DNA of 64,000 nucleotides from an uncultured bacterium (GCA_903912525.1 CAIWHK010000032.1:110409-174408); one strand, 5' to 3'. Shown: positions 9,426 to 19,093, numbered from the stretch's first letter. Translations and numbers: made by a program. The notes: generated by a model from the letters alone, not told the origin.

Positions 9426-11440
9426 CCCCGGCTCCCCTCGCCGTCCAGTCCCCATTGCGCCTGCAGGTCCTCCAGGCGATCCCGCAGGGCCGCCGCCTTC
9501 TCGAACTCGAGGGCCTCCGCCGCCGCGAGCATCTCGTTCTCGAGCAGATCGGCCAGGTCGCGGGGCGACAGGTCGCGCGAGGCAACCTCGACAGGCGAGA
9601 ACCCGCCACGCCCCGATGCCGCGTGCGACCGATCACCGGCGGCCGAGGTCGCCTGCATGATCTCCTGCCGCGACTTGGTGATCGTCCGCGGCACCAACCC
9701 GTGCTCGCGGTTCCAGTCCATTTGCCTCAGGCGCCGGCGCTGGGTCTCGGCGATCGCCGCCGCCATCGAACGCGTGATGCGGTCCGCGTACATGACCACC
9801 TCGCCGTTGATGTTGCGCGCCGCACGACCCGACGTCTGGATCAGCGACCGCTCCGAGCGCAGGAAGCCCTCGCGGTCGGCGTCCAGGATCGCCACCAGCG
9901 AGACCTCGGGCAGGTCCAGTCCCTCCCGCAGCAGGTTGACGCCCACCAGCACGTCCGATTCGCCCAGTCGCAGGTTGCGCACGATCTCGATGCGGTCCAG
10001 CGCATTGATGTCCGAATGCAGGTAGGCCACCTTCACGCCGGCCTGCCCGAGGTATTCGGTCAGGTCCTCGGCCATCTTCTTGGTCAGCGTCGTGACCAGC
10101 GTGCGCTCACCGCGCGCCGTCACCACGCGAATGCGCTCAAGCAGGTCGTCCACCTGGCCCGACACAGGCAGCACCGTGATCGGAGGGTCGACCAGCCCGG
10201 TCGGGCGGATCACCTGCTCGACCACCTCGCCCCCGCACTTCTCGAGCTCCCAGTCGGCCGGGGTGGCCGAGACGAAAATCGTGCTGGGCATCAACGTCTC
10301 GAACTCGCTGAAGATCAGCGGACGGTTGTCCAGCGCGCTCGGCAACCGGAAGCCGTGCTCCACCAGGTTCAGCTTGCGCGAACGATCCCCCTGGTACATC
10401 GCGCCGATCTGCGGAATCGTGGCGTGGGACTCGTCAATGACCAGCAGGAACCCGGGCGGGAAGTAGTCCATCAGGCAGGCGGGGCGCTCGCCGGCGGCGC
10501 GCGCGTCAAAATACCGCGAGTAGTTCTCCACGCCGGCACAGTGGCCGATCTGCTGGATCATCTCCATGTCATAGCGGGTTCGCGAGGCCAGTCGCTGCGC
10601 CTCGAGCACGCGCCCGGCCTTGTCCAGTTCGTGCAGGCGATCCTCGAGGTCATGCGAAATCGCGTCGAGCACCGCGCCGGTGCCGCCCTTTTCCGCCACG
10701 AACTGTGTGGCCGGGTAGATCGCCGCCTCGCCGACCGACTCGAGGGCGCGCCCGGTCAGGGGTTCGACCCACGTCAGTGACTCGATTTCGTCGCCGAAGA
10801 ACTCCACCCGCAGGACGCGCTCCTCGAAGGCGGCGCGCACCTCGACCGTGTCGCCCCGGACGCGGAACGTGCCGAAGTCCGACTCGTGGTCGTTACGGGC
10901 GTACCGGATCGCGACCAGGTCCGCGAGCAGCTCATCCCGATCCCGTTCCTGCCCGCGCGCCAGCGCGATGATGCTCTCGCGGAACGTCTTCGGGTTGCCC
11001 ACCCCGTAGATGGCCGACACGCTGGCCACCACGATGACATCGCGCCGCGTCAGCAGGCTGCTCGTCGCGCGCAGCCGCAGGCGCTCGATCTCGTCGTTGA
11101 TGCTGGTGTCCTTCTCGATATACGTATTCGTGGCCGGGATGAAGGCCTCGGGCTGGTAGTAGTCGTAGTAGGAGATGAAGTACTCGACGGCATTGTCCGG
11201 GAAGAAGCCCTTGAGTTCGCCGTACAGCTGGGCCGCCAGCGTCTTGTTGTGGCTGAAGACCAGCGCCGGTTGATCGAGCTGGGCGATGACGTTCGCGATC
11301 GTGAACGTCTTGCCCGACCCGGTCACCCCAAGCAGGGTCTGGCATTTCTTCCCTGCGCGTGCGCCCGCCACCAGCGACGCGATCGCCGACGGTTGGTCAC
11401 CCGTCGGCGCAAATGGCGCCACCAGCCGGAAGAGGCCCAC
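9422..11440 (-). CDS. uvrB: Excinuclease ABC subunit B
   Basis: PTGDQP, GVTGSGKT, HNKTLAAQL, YYDYYQPEA, DESH, GFRLPSALDNRPL, NLLREGLDLPEV, C-terminal UVR domain. Confidence 0.99.
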   Translation of the reverse strand: MGLFRLVAPFAPTGDQPSAIASLVAGARAGKKCQTLLGVTGSGKTFTIANVIAQLDQPALVFSHNKTLAAQLYGELKGFFPDNAVEYFISYYDYYQPEAFIPATNTYIEKDTSINDEIERLRLRATSSLLTRRDVIVVASVSAIYGVGNPKTFRESIIALARGQERDRDELLADLVAIRYARNDHESDFGTFRVRGDTVEVRAAFEERVLRVEFFGDEIESLTWVEPLTGRALESVGEAAIYPATQFVAEKGGTGAVLDAISHDLEDRLHELDKAGRVLEAQRLASRTRYDMEMIQQIGHCAGVENYSRYFDARAAGERPACLMDYFPPGFLLVIDESHATIPQIGAMYQGDRSRKLNLVEHGFRLPSALDNRPLIFSEFETLMPSTIFVSATPADWELEKCGGEVVEQVIRPTGLVDPPITVLPVSGQVDDLLERIRVVTARGERTLVTTLTKKMAEDLTEYLGQAGVKVAYLHSDINALDRIEIVRNLRLGESDVLVGVNLLREGLDLPEVSLVAILDADREGFLRSERSLIQTSGRAARNINGEVVMYADRITRSMAAAIAETQRRRLRQMDWNREHGLVPRTITKSRQEIMQATSAAGDRSHAASGRGGFSPVEVASRDLSPRDLADLLENEMLAAAEALEFEKAAALRDRLEDLQAQWGLDGEGSRG

Positions 11441-11455
11441 GATTCCCCCAGAGGA

Positions 11456-12373
11456 TCAGGGTAGTGCCGATGGTTCGGCCGCAGTGAGATCGACGGTCAC
11501 CTCGCCGCCACCCGGCGGCGCCACAAGCGCACGCGGCCGACCGTTGACCGTCAAGGTAATGCCTTGCACCGTTCCCAGCCGCAGGCTGACGCCGTTCACG
11601 GCGCCCCAGTACACGACCATGCCGCCGCTACCCATCGTGTAGGCTCGCCCCGCCTCGATCCCGGCCGCAGGCAGGGTGTCGTTGGCCGCCGTTGCCCAGG
11701 CGACCTCCAGGAAGTCCGCCTCGGCGTCCCGGCGCACGGCGAGTGGCACCGGAGCGGCGGCCACCAGCTTGACGACCAGGGGCCAGGCCAGTCCGTCCGC
11801 GAAGACCGCGCCGTCACCGACGGGAGCCAGGCTGTCAGCCGTCGCCGTCGTCGCGCGCGCCGCCGCGTCCGCGAGGGTTTCCGCAGCCGCGCCGCCACCG
11901 CCCGCAACCTGCTCTTCGGCCAACGTCGCCAGGCCGGTTCCAGACCCGCCCACGGCCCCGGGCGCCACGCCTTCGTCGCCGCCCCGGGTCAACAGTACCG
12001 CACCGACGGCGAGCCCACACACGACCACGGCACCGGCCGCGATCCGCCCCCAGGGGAATCCGACACGCCGGATCCGCACATTCTCGGTGTGCGGCAGCGG
12101 CGCCACCACTGCGCGGGGCGCCTCGCCGTCCAGGCCGTCCAGCAGGGCGAGCACCTCATCCACCGGCAATCCGAGTTCCTTGGCGCAGGAACGGACGAAG
12201 CTGCGGGTGTAAAGAGGCCCGGACAGGCGATGGAATTCGTCGGCCTCGAGCGCCGCCAACATCCCGGACGGGATCTTGGTGCGCTCGGACATGTCGTCCA
12301 GCGTCCAGCCGCGCTGCTTGCGCGCGGCGCCGATCACGGCGCCAGGCGATTTGTTCGCTTCGAAATCGGACAT
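11456..12373 (-). CDS. RodZ-like HTH membrane protein
   Basis: N-terminal HTH (ARKQRGWTLDDMSERTKI..ALE..YTRSFVRSCAKELGL), one TM, C-terminal LRLG..GITLTVNG (DUF4115-like). Confidence 0.8.
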   Translation of the reverse strand: MSDFEANKSPGAVIGAARKQRGWTLDDMSERTKIPSGMLAALEADEFHRLSGPLYTRSFVRSCAKELGLPVDEVLALLDGLDGEAPRAVVAPLPHTENVRIRRVGFPWGRIAAGAVVVCGLAVGAVLLTRGGDEGVAPGAVGGSGTGLATLAEEQVAGGGGAAAETLADAAARATTATADSLAPVGDGAVFADGLAWPLVVKLVAAAPVPLAVRRDAEADFLEVAWATAANDTLPAAGIEAGRAYTMGSGGMVVYWGAVNGVSLRLGTVQGITLTVNGRPRALVAPPGGGEVTVDLTAAEPSALP

Positions 12374-12407
12374 CGATGCCTCCGCGCCGGCAGGGCCGGC
12401 GGGTTGC

Positions 12408-15173
12408 TCAGTCGAGCGCCTGGATCCGGGCCGCCAGGGTGGCGGCCTTCGCTTCGTTCTCGGCCAGCGTCTCCCGCTGCTGCGCGACGACCTGCGCCGG
12501 CGCATTCGCCGTGAACTTCTCGTTCGTCAGTTTCGCGCGCATGCCCGCCAGCCAGCCTTCCAGCTTGTCGAGTTCCTTCTGGAGCCGCTGCCGCTCCTTG
12601 TCCAGGTCGACGAGCCCCTTCATGGGCAGGAAGACCTCGACGGAACCCGCCACACCGGCGCCCGCCGGGTGAGGCGCCGGGCCGTCCGCTTCGACGGCGA
12701 CACGCTCGAGCTTCGCCAGCAGCGCGATCAGCGGTGCCTGCCTGTCCAGCGCTTCGCGCCGCCCCGCATCGGTCGTGCGCAGCACACCCTCGCCGCGAAG
12801 GCCGGGCGCCACACCGAGCTCCGCGCGCAGGTTGCGCAACACGCCCACGATCTCCATGACCTCGCTGAACTCGGCCGCAGCGCTCGCGAACGGGGCCTCG
12901 CCGGAACAGGTCGGGAACGACGACGTCATCAGGTACCCGTCGGTGGCCGGCAACCAGCTCCACAGCTCCTCGGTGATGAACGGCATCACCGGGTGCAGCA
13001 GCTTGTACGACACGCCCAGGCACAGCACCGACACGGCCAGCGCCGGCGCGCGACGATCGGGATCGCGCAGGCGCGCCTTGATCGCCTCGAGGTACCAGTC
13101 GCAGAACTCGTGACGGAAGAAGTTGAACACCTCGTACGAGGCATCGTTCAACCGCCGCCGCTCAAGGTTGGCGTCGCAATCGGCCGCCACCCGGTACATC
13201 TGCGCGATGAGCCAACGGTCGGCCAATTCCAGGTCGCCGTCGGCCACCGCCAGCGGAAGCTCGCCGCCGAACACGCCACGCCACAGCGAGCGCAGCGAAT
13301 CAGCGGGCGCCGCCTGCCAGTCGGACGCCGACGCCACAGCCGACAGGTCCAGGGTCCGCGGCGCCGGGGCGCCCTTGGCCACCTCAACGCCGGCCTCGTC
13401 CCAGTTGCCGAGCACGAGCTTCGTCGCCTGGAAGATCTTGTTGCAGAAGTTGCGCCCGACCTCGAGGGTCGTTTCATCGAAGAACACGTCGGCGCCCGTG
13501 GGCGTCAGCATGACGAGGCTGCACCGCAGCGCGTCGGCCCCGTACTTGTCCATAAGATCGACCGGATCGGGGCTGTTGCCCAGCGACTTGCTCATCTTGC
13601 GGCCCTGGCCGTCGCGGACGATGCCGGTGAACAGCACCTCGCCGAACGGCTTTTCGCCCAGGAACTCGTAGCTGGCCATCACCATGCGGGCGACCCAGAA
13701 GAAGATGATGTCCGCCGCCGTGACCAGCACCGAGGTCGGGTGGAACCGTTCGAGGTCCTCCGTCTTGTCCGGCCAGCCGAGCGGCGAGAAGGTCCACAGC
13801 CAGCTGCTGAACCAGGTGTCCAGCACGTCGGGATCGCGCAGCAGGTTCGTGCCGCCGCACTTGTCGCAGACCGTCGGCTCGGACGCCGCCGCGATCTCGG
13901 CCCCGCAACCCTGGCAATACCAAACCGGGATCTGGTGCCCCCACCACAACTGCCGGCTGATGCACCAGTCGCGGATGTTCACCATCCAGTTGTTGTAGAC
14001 GCCTACCCAGCGGTCCGGGTACAGGCGGATCTCGCCGTCGGCCACCGCCGCGAGCGCCGGCTTGGCCAACTGGTCCATGCGCAGGAACCACTGCTTCGAC
14101 AGGTACGGCTCGATGATGGTGCCGCAGCGGTCATGATGACCAACCTGGTGTACGTGCTTCTCGACCTTGTCGAGCAGCCCTTCCGCTTCGAGCGCAGCGA
14201 CGACTTCCTTGCGGGCTTTCTTGCGGTCGAGCCCGGAAAAACGCCCCGCCTGCTCGTTCATGACTCCCGCCGGCGTCATGCAGATGACCTGCGGCAGGCC
14301 ATGTCGCCGCCCGACCTGGAAGTCGTTCGGGTCGTGCGCCGGCGTGATCTTGACGAATCCTGTGCCCTTCTCCGGGTCGGCATGATGGTCCCCGATCACG
14401 GGGATCTCGCGATCGGTCAGCGGCAACTTCACGAGCTTGCCGATGAACTGCTTGCGCTCCGGGTCGTTCGGGTGCACGGCGACCGCGACATCGCCGAACA
14501 TCGTTTCCGGCCGCGTCGTGGCCACGGTCACGTACCCCGAGCCGTCTGCGAGTGGATACCGAAGGTGCCACAGGCTGCCCTCGACCTCGCGGTGTTCCAC
14601 CTCGTCATCGCTGATAGCGGTCAGGTCGTGCGGGCACCAGTTCACCAGGTAGACGTCGCGGTAGATGAGGTCCTTCGCGCGCAGGCGAAGGAACGCCTCG
14701 GTCACCGCGCGGTTGCGCGCCTCGTCCATCGTGAACGCTTCGCGGCTCCAGTCGAGTGAACAGCCCAGCCGCCTGATCTGCGTCGTGATGCGGCCGTGCG
14801 TGTGTTCCTTCCACTCCCAGGCGCGGCGAAGGAACTCCTCGCGGCCGGCATCGCGCTTGTCGAGTCCCTGCTCCGCCATTTGCCGCGACACCACCTGCTC
14901 GGTCGCGATGCTGGCGTGGTCGGTGCCGGGCACCCACAGCGTCGGCCGACCCTTCATGCGCGCCCAGCGGATGAGCGTGTCCTGGACCGAGTTGCCCAGG
15001 CAATGCCCCATGTGAAGGATGCCGGTCACATTCGGCGGCGGCAGCGTGATCACGAACGGGTCGCCAACGGCGTCTGCAGCCGGGCTGAACAGGCCGGCTT
15101 CCTCCCACTGCCGGTACCACTTTTCCTCAAGGCCACCGGGGGTGTATTGGGCCATCTCACGAAGGTCAGCCAA
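12408..15173 (-). CDS. valS: Valyl-tRNA synthetase
   Basis: PPPNVTGILHMGH, DWCISRQLWWGH, DPDVLDTWFSS, KMSKS, C-terminal coiled coil; TTG start 7 nt after AGGAG (alternative ATG 15155). Confidence 0.98.
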   Translation of the reverse strand: MADLREMAQYTPGGLEEKWYRQWEEAGLFSPAADAVGDPFVITLPPPNVTGILHMGHCLGNSVQDTLIRWARMKGRPTLWVPGTDHASIATEQVVSRQMAEQGLDKRDAGREEFLRRAWEWKEHTHGRITTQIRRLGCSLDWSREAFTMDEARNRAVTEAFLRLRAKDLIYRDVYLVNWCPHDLTAISDDEVEHREVEGSLWHLRYPLADGSGYVTVATTRPETMFGDVAVAVHPNDPERKQFIGKLVKLPLTDREIPVIGDHHADPEKGTGFVKITPAHDPNDFQVGRRHGLPQVICMTPAGVMNEQAGRFSGLDRKKARKEVVAALEAEGLLDKVEKHVHQVGHHDRCGTIIEPYLSKQWFLRMDQLAKPALAAVADGEIRLYPDRWVGVYNNWMVNIRDWCISRQLWWGHQIPVWYCQGCGAEIAAASEPTVCDKCGGTNLLRDPDVLDTWFSSWLWTFSPLGWPDKTEDLERFHPTSVLVTAADIIFFWVARMVMASYEFLGEKPFGEVLFTGIVRDGQGRKMSKSLGNSPDPVDLMDKYGADALRCSLVMLTPTGADVFFDETTLEVGRNFCNKIFQATKLVLGNWDEAGVEVAKGAPAPRTLDLSAVASASDWQAAPADSLRSLWRGVFGGELPLAVADGDLELADRWLIAQMYRVAADCDANLERRRLNDASYEVFNFFRHEFCDWYLEAIKARLRDPDRRAPALAVSVLCLGVSYKLLHPVMPFITEELWSWLPATDGYLMTSSFPTCSGEAPFASAAAEFSEVMEIVGVLRNLRAELGVAPGLRGEGVLRTTDAGRREALDRQAPLIALLAKLERVAVEADGPAPHPAGAGVAGSVEVFLPMKGLVDLDKERQRLQKELDKLEGWLAGMRAKLTNEKFTANAPAQVVAQQRETLAENEAKAATLAARIQALD

Positions 15174-15508
15174 GGATCCACTCCTGTCGCCGCGGTCGCC
15201 CGCGCGGGCGGAAATGTCAACGGTCAAGCGAGTTGGCAAATTAGCATTCGCGTCAGACGTGGGCAACGGGATTACCATCAGGGACGCCCGACACCGACAG
15301 ATCGGGCGTCCAGATGGGGTCTTTTGAGGTCGCATGTGATGTTTTGCTAAATTAACGGACGAAGGATCAAGTAAATTTACCCTTATTCCGAAAAATATGC
15401 TTCCGACTGCCTAGAAAATGGAGTAAGTTCACAAGTGGAGAGCGCAGGAAATCGCCCTTAACGTCCCGCTCTGAAAGGACGTGGGACTAACATCAGTGGG
15501 GGATCCAC

Positions 15509-16099
15509 ATGCGAAAGTTTCTACTCGGATTGTTCATGCTTCTGGCTCTGGCTGGCAACGCGTCGGCCCAGCTCGACCCGGATAATGATGGCATCGGCGT
15601 CTACTTTGACCCCTGCGCCTGCAACAACTGCATCACGATGCCGGCTGGGGCGCACCGGGCGTTCCTCGTCATCACCCATCCCACCAGCCCTGCGGGCGTG
15701 CATGGATGGGAAGCCAAGATGTGGGCGGAGGGTCCCGTCTTCATCACCAACGTCGACGTGCTGGGCAATAACATCAACGTCGGCACGGCGCCTGAGTACA
15801 TGGTCGGCATCGTAGATCCTCTGATCAACCCGTTCACCTATCCTGCGGTGGTCGTGGCGATCATTGATTTCTACGTGACGAGCACGGCGTCCCCGACGTA
15901 CTTCTACATCGACGGCATCCGCTTCCACTCGCTGGCGGAAAAGATGCCTGCTTACCTGGACGGATCGAACACCGATGTCATCAAGCTGCTGCGGCAGTCG
16001 ACTGGTGGCCGGACCTTCCCGGTGGCCACGATCAACGGCGAATGCGCGGTCCCGGCCGAGACCGAGACCTGGGGCGGGGTCAAGTCCCTGTTCCGCTAG
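15509..16099 (+). CDS. Secreted protein of unknown function with C-terminal TWGGVKSLFR motif
   Basis: Sec signal MRKFLLGLFMLLALAGNASA|Q, beta-rich body, GGGGG RBS, own terminator. Confidence 0.88.
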   Translation: MRKFLLGLFMLLALAGNASAQLDPDNDGIGVYFDPCACNNCITMPAGAHRAFLVITHPTSPAGVHGWEAKMWAEGPVFITNVDVLGNNINVGTAPEYMVGIVDPLINPFTYPAVVVAIIDFYVTSTASPTYFYIDGIRFHSLAEKMPAYLDGSNTDVIKLLRQSTGGRTFPVATINGECAVPAETETWGGVKSLFR

Positions 16100-16126
16100 T
16101 TCACTGACGCGTGCCGTCTGACGATT

Positions 16127-16161
16127 GCGGGGCCCGGCGATAAGCGGGCCCCGCTTCTTTT
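16127..16161 (+). terminator. Intrinsic terminator
   Basis: GCGGGGCCCG-N8-CGGGCCCCGC followed by TTCTTTT. Confidence 0.9.
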
Positions 16162-16200
16162 GCCGCCACGCCCCACGGCCGCCGGGCCATGATCCGGCGC

Positions 16201-16228
16201 TTGGCAGGAACAGCGCACATGCTACAAT
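16201..16228 (+). promoter_or_regulatory. Sigma-70 promoter (extended -10) for the PDZ-PP2C gene
   Basis: TTGGCA-N16-TACAAT with TG one base upstream of the -10. Confidence 0.55.
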
Positions 16229-16291
16229 GATCGCCAGCCACGGTCGTGACCGTGAGGCATTGAACGGGCCCCCACGCGCGGAGCGCACGAC

Positions 16292-18811
16292 TTGCGGCAC
16301 CCGGCGGGCTATCGGCAGACCAGGTTCGAACGGCTTTCACGCGGCGCCGCCCTCCTGCTCGCCGCCCCTCTCCTGCTCGCTCTCTCGCTACCCACCGCGT
16401 TCCACATCGTCAAGCGCGCCGAATACGGTTTTGCCGTGCTCGACATGCACGTCCTGCGCGTCGACCCCGATGGCCCGGCCGAGCGGGCCGGCATCCGCGC
16501 GAAGGACCGTCTGGTTGCCGTGAACGACCGGCCTGTGGCGCGGATGTTCGACTACTATGCGGCGACGGCCGGACATTATCGGCACGAAATGCTGACGCTC
16601 CGACTGGCGCGGGGAACGGCCGAATTCGAGGCGCATGTCGTCCCCGACACGCCCGACCAGTCCGCAATGGTCACGCAGTACACGCAGTGGATCAGCGGCC
16701 TCGCCTTTCTCCTGATCGGCTGGTGGGTACTGGCGCGCAGGGCCGATCCGGTGGCGCGCAATTTCTTCGCCATGTGCGGCATCTTCGCCTTCTTCCTCAT
16801 CGACATCCCGGAAATCGACAACAGCGTCTACGTCGTCCTGAAGTACCACGCGCGCGCGCTGCTGCAACTGCTCCTGCCGGCCTATGTGCTGCTGTTCTTC
16901 CTGCAGTTCCCCACCCCCTGGCGCGCCGGCGCCCCGCAACACGCGCGCCTGCGGTGGGTGCTGCTGCCGGCCTGGTTCCTGTTCCTGCTGGCGACGATGA
17001 ACGAAGCCCTTCGCGGCGCCCGACCGACCGGCCTGCCGGACCAGGCGATCGCGGCCGTGTCCCTCGCCTACATGCTCGCGTGCTTCATCATCGGCCTCGG
17101 GCGTTTCGCGCGCGGCACGCTGCGGCGTGATCGCCCCATCCTGCGCACGAAGATGCTCGTCATCCTCGTCGGATTGACCGCCGGCCTCGTCCCGTTCCTG
17201 GTGACGATGGCGCTCGGGACGATCGCCCCCGGCGCCAGCGTCCCCCACCTGCGCTACCTCGGGTTGTCGCTGCTCCTGGTCCCGGCCAGCTTCGCGCTGG
17301 CGATCATGCGCTACGGTGCCCTCGATACGGCGTTCGTCGTGCGCATCGGCCTGATCTACGGCACGCTCACGTCACTGATTGTCGTGGGCTACCTGTCGGT
17401 GACGGTGGCCGTCGGCACCTTCCTGTCGTCGCGCTTCGCCGTCGATTCCTCGCAGGTGCTCGTCTTCCTGGTTGCCGGCACGGCCCTGGTCATCGCCCCG
17501 CTCCGCAACCGGATCCAGGCGCTGGTCGACCGGGCCTTCTACCCGTCGCGCCGCGCCAATCGCGACGCCATCGCCCGCCTGACCGACCGCCTCACCGGGT
17601 TGATCGAGGTCCAACCGGTCCTCGATCATCTCGCGGCGTCGCTCGGCGAGCTCTTTCGCCCCCGCACGTTCGCCATCGTCCTGGCCACCCCTGGTCCGCA
17701 GCGCGGCTTTGCCGTCCGCACCTTCTGGTCACCGTCGCCGGAAACGCCCCCCGGGCCCTGGCCGGCCCTTCCGGCCGAGAACCTCCTGGCGCCGCTGCTG
17801 AACCGGGTCCGCCGCCCCGTGTTCTGCGAAGAGCTTGAGGACCAGGGACCCGAGCAGTCCGCCGATCCCGCGTGGCCCCTGCTGCACCAGCTCCAGGCCG
17901 AACTCCTGGTGCCCCTGGTCTCGGGAAACCGACTGCTGGGCTTCCTGGCCTTCGGTCCCAAGTGCGGGGGACAACTCTACGGCCAGGAGGACGTGAGCAA
18001 CCTGCAGATGCTCGCACTCCAGGCCGGCCCCGTCGTCGAGAGCCGCCAGCTCTACGAGGACCGCCTGCGGGGCAAGCGCCTGGAGACCGAACTGGCCGTC
18101 GCCCGGGGCATCCAGGCCAATCTTTTGCCTGTGGCGCCCCTGGTCCTGCCGACGTGCACCATCTGCGGGCGCAACGAACCCTGCCGCACGGTGGGCGGCG
18201 ACTACTTCGACTATTTCGCTGTCGAGAACGGAGGCGTCGCGCTGGCGATCGGCGACGTGTCGGGAAAGGGCATCCCCGCCGCGCTGATGATGAGTTCGCT
18301 CCGCGTGGCCTTCCGCCTGGCCGCCGAGGCCGCCGCCTCCCCGCGGGACGTGGTCGCGCGCATGAACCCGGTCGTCGCCTCGCTCGTGGGCCCGAGCAAC
18401 TTCATCTGCTTCTTCTACGCGGTCTGGAGCCCGACCGAAAGCCTGCTGCGCTACTGCAATGCCGGCATGGACCCGCCGGTCGTCCTGCGCCCCGGCGCGT
18501 CCCACCGGCAGTACCTGCGCAAGGGTGGCCCGGTGCTCGGGGTCGAACCGGAGTTTGCCTATCGCGAGGGCGCCATCTCCCTGGCCCCCGGCGACCGCAT
18601 CTTTCTCTATACCGACGGCCTGACCGAACAACGCGATCCCCAGGGGCGTTTCTTTGATGCCGAGCGCCTGATCGAGCTGGTCGAGCAGGATGCCACCCGC
18701 CCACCTGAGGCCATCCTCGAGCACGTCTTTGCCACTGTGAATGCTTTCGGCCACCAACACCGCTCGGACGATCAGACCGCCATGTTGATGCAAATCCACA
18801 AGTTGGACTGA
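16292..18811 (+). CDS. Membrane sensor phosphatase: PDZ + multi-TM + GAF-like + SpoIIE/RsbU PP2C
   Basis: PDZ (VDPDGPAERAGIRAKDRLVAVN), about 10 TM helices, ELAVARGIQANLLP, VGGDYFD, IGDVSGKG, NAGMDPP, YTDGLTE, DDQT. Confidence 0.9.
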   Translation: MRHPAGYRQTRFERLSRGAALLLAAPLLLALSLPTAFHIVKRAEYGFAVLDMHVLRVDPDGPAERAGIRAKDRLVAVNDRPVARMFDYYAATAGHYRHEMLTLRLARGTAEFEAHVVPDTPDQSAMVTQYTQWISGLAFLLIGWWVLARRADPVARNFFAMCGIFAFFLIDIPEIDNSVYVVLKYHARALLQLLLPAYVLLFFLQFPTPWRAGAPQHARLRWVLLPAWFLFLLATMNEALRGARPTGLPDQAIAAVSLAYMLACFIIGLGRFARGTLRRDRPILRTKMLVILVGLTAGLVPFLVTMALGTIAPGASVPHLRYLGLSLLLVPASFALAIMRYGALDTAFVVRIGLIYGTLTSLIVVGYLSVTVAVGTFLSSRFAVDSSQVLVFLVAGTALVIAPLRNRIQALVDRAFYPSRRANRDAIARLTDRLTGLIEVQPVLDHLAASLGELFRPRTFAIVLATPGPQRGFAVRTFWSPSPETPPGPWPALPAENLLAPLLNRVRRPVFCEELEDQGPEQSADPAWPLLHQLQAELLVPLVSGNRLLGFLAFGPKCGGQLYGQEDVSNLQMLALQAGPVVESRQLYEDRLRGKRLETELAVARGIQANLLPVAPLVLPTCTICGRNEPCRTVGGDYFDYFAVENGGVALAIGDVSGKGIPAALMMSSLRVAFRLAAEAAASPRDVVARMNPVVASLVGPSNFICFFYAVWSPTESLLRYCNAGMDPPVVLRPGASHRQYLRKGGPVLGVEPEFAYREGAISLAPGDRIFLYTDGLTEQRDPQGRFFDAERLIELVEQDATRPPEAILEHVFATVNAFGHQHRSDDQTAMLMQIHKLD

Positions 18812-18893
18812 TTTCCTCCATCAGGCCCTGAATTTGCTGAAGGTTTCCCGGACAGGGTGGCGCCGCCTGCCGCCCGCCGGCCAATGGAAAACC

Positions 18894-18920
18894 TCAAGGA
18901 ACGCAACGGCCGACCGATCC
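18894..18920 (+). promoter_or_regulatory. Possible sigma-28-like promoter upstream of the small ORF
   Basis: TCAA-N15-ACCGATCC versus consensus TAAA-N15-GCCGATAA. Confidence 0.35.
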
Positions 18921-18970
18921 CTAAGCAAGGAACTCCTGAATCCTCGAACTGGAGAAAGGGGGGGATCGAG

Positions 18971-19036
18971 ATGGAAAGTGGGATGATCCTGTTGACGTTG
19001 TCGTTGCTCGATCTCTTTTGGTGGTTGAGAAAATGA
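18971..19036 (+). CDS. Small hydrophobic 21-aa ORF MESGMILLTLSLLDLFWWLRK (leader peptide or small membrane protein)
   Basis: Purine-rich RBS region GGAGAAAGGGGGGG, ATG..TGA, tandem Trp codons at 19019-19024, strong terminator just downstream. Confidence 0.55.
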   Translation: MESGMILLTLSLLDLFWWLRK

Positions 19037-19050
19037 CCAGCGCTCGCTAG

Positions 19051-19093
19051 CCCCTGGCTGCTGGCACCATGCCACAGCCAGGGGTATTTTTTT
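19051..19093 (+). terminator. Intrinsic terminator overlapped by an alternative hairpin (19037-19064)
   Basis: CCCCTGGCTG/CAGCCAGGGG 10-bp stem plus inner TGGCA/TGCCA, then TATTTTTTT. Confidence 0.9.

Noticed and set aside
15180-15500. T-box or ncRNA upstream of valS in the AT-rich intergenic region
   Set aside because: No GGTGGNACCGCG T-box or terminator; consistent with a divergent promoter region.
18885-18975. Resemblance to a c-di-GMP-I riboswitch (GGAAAACC..GGAACGCAA..CCTAAG)
   Set aside because: The P2 stem and GNRA loop are essentially absent and no P1 pairing was found; an Infernal search would be needed.
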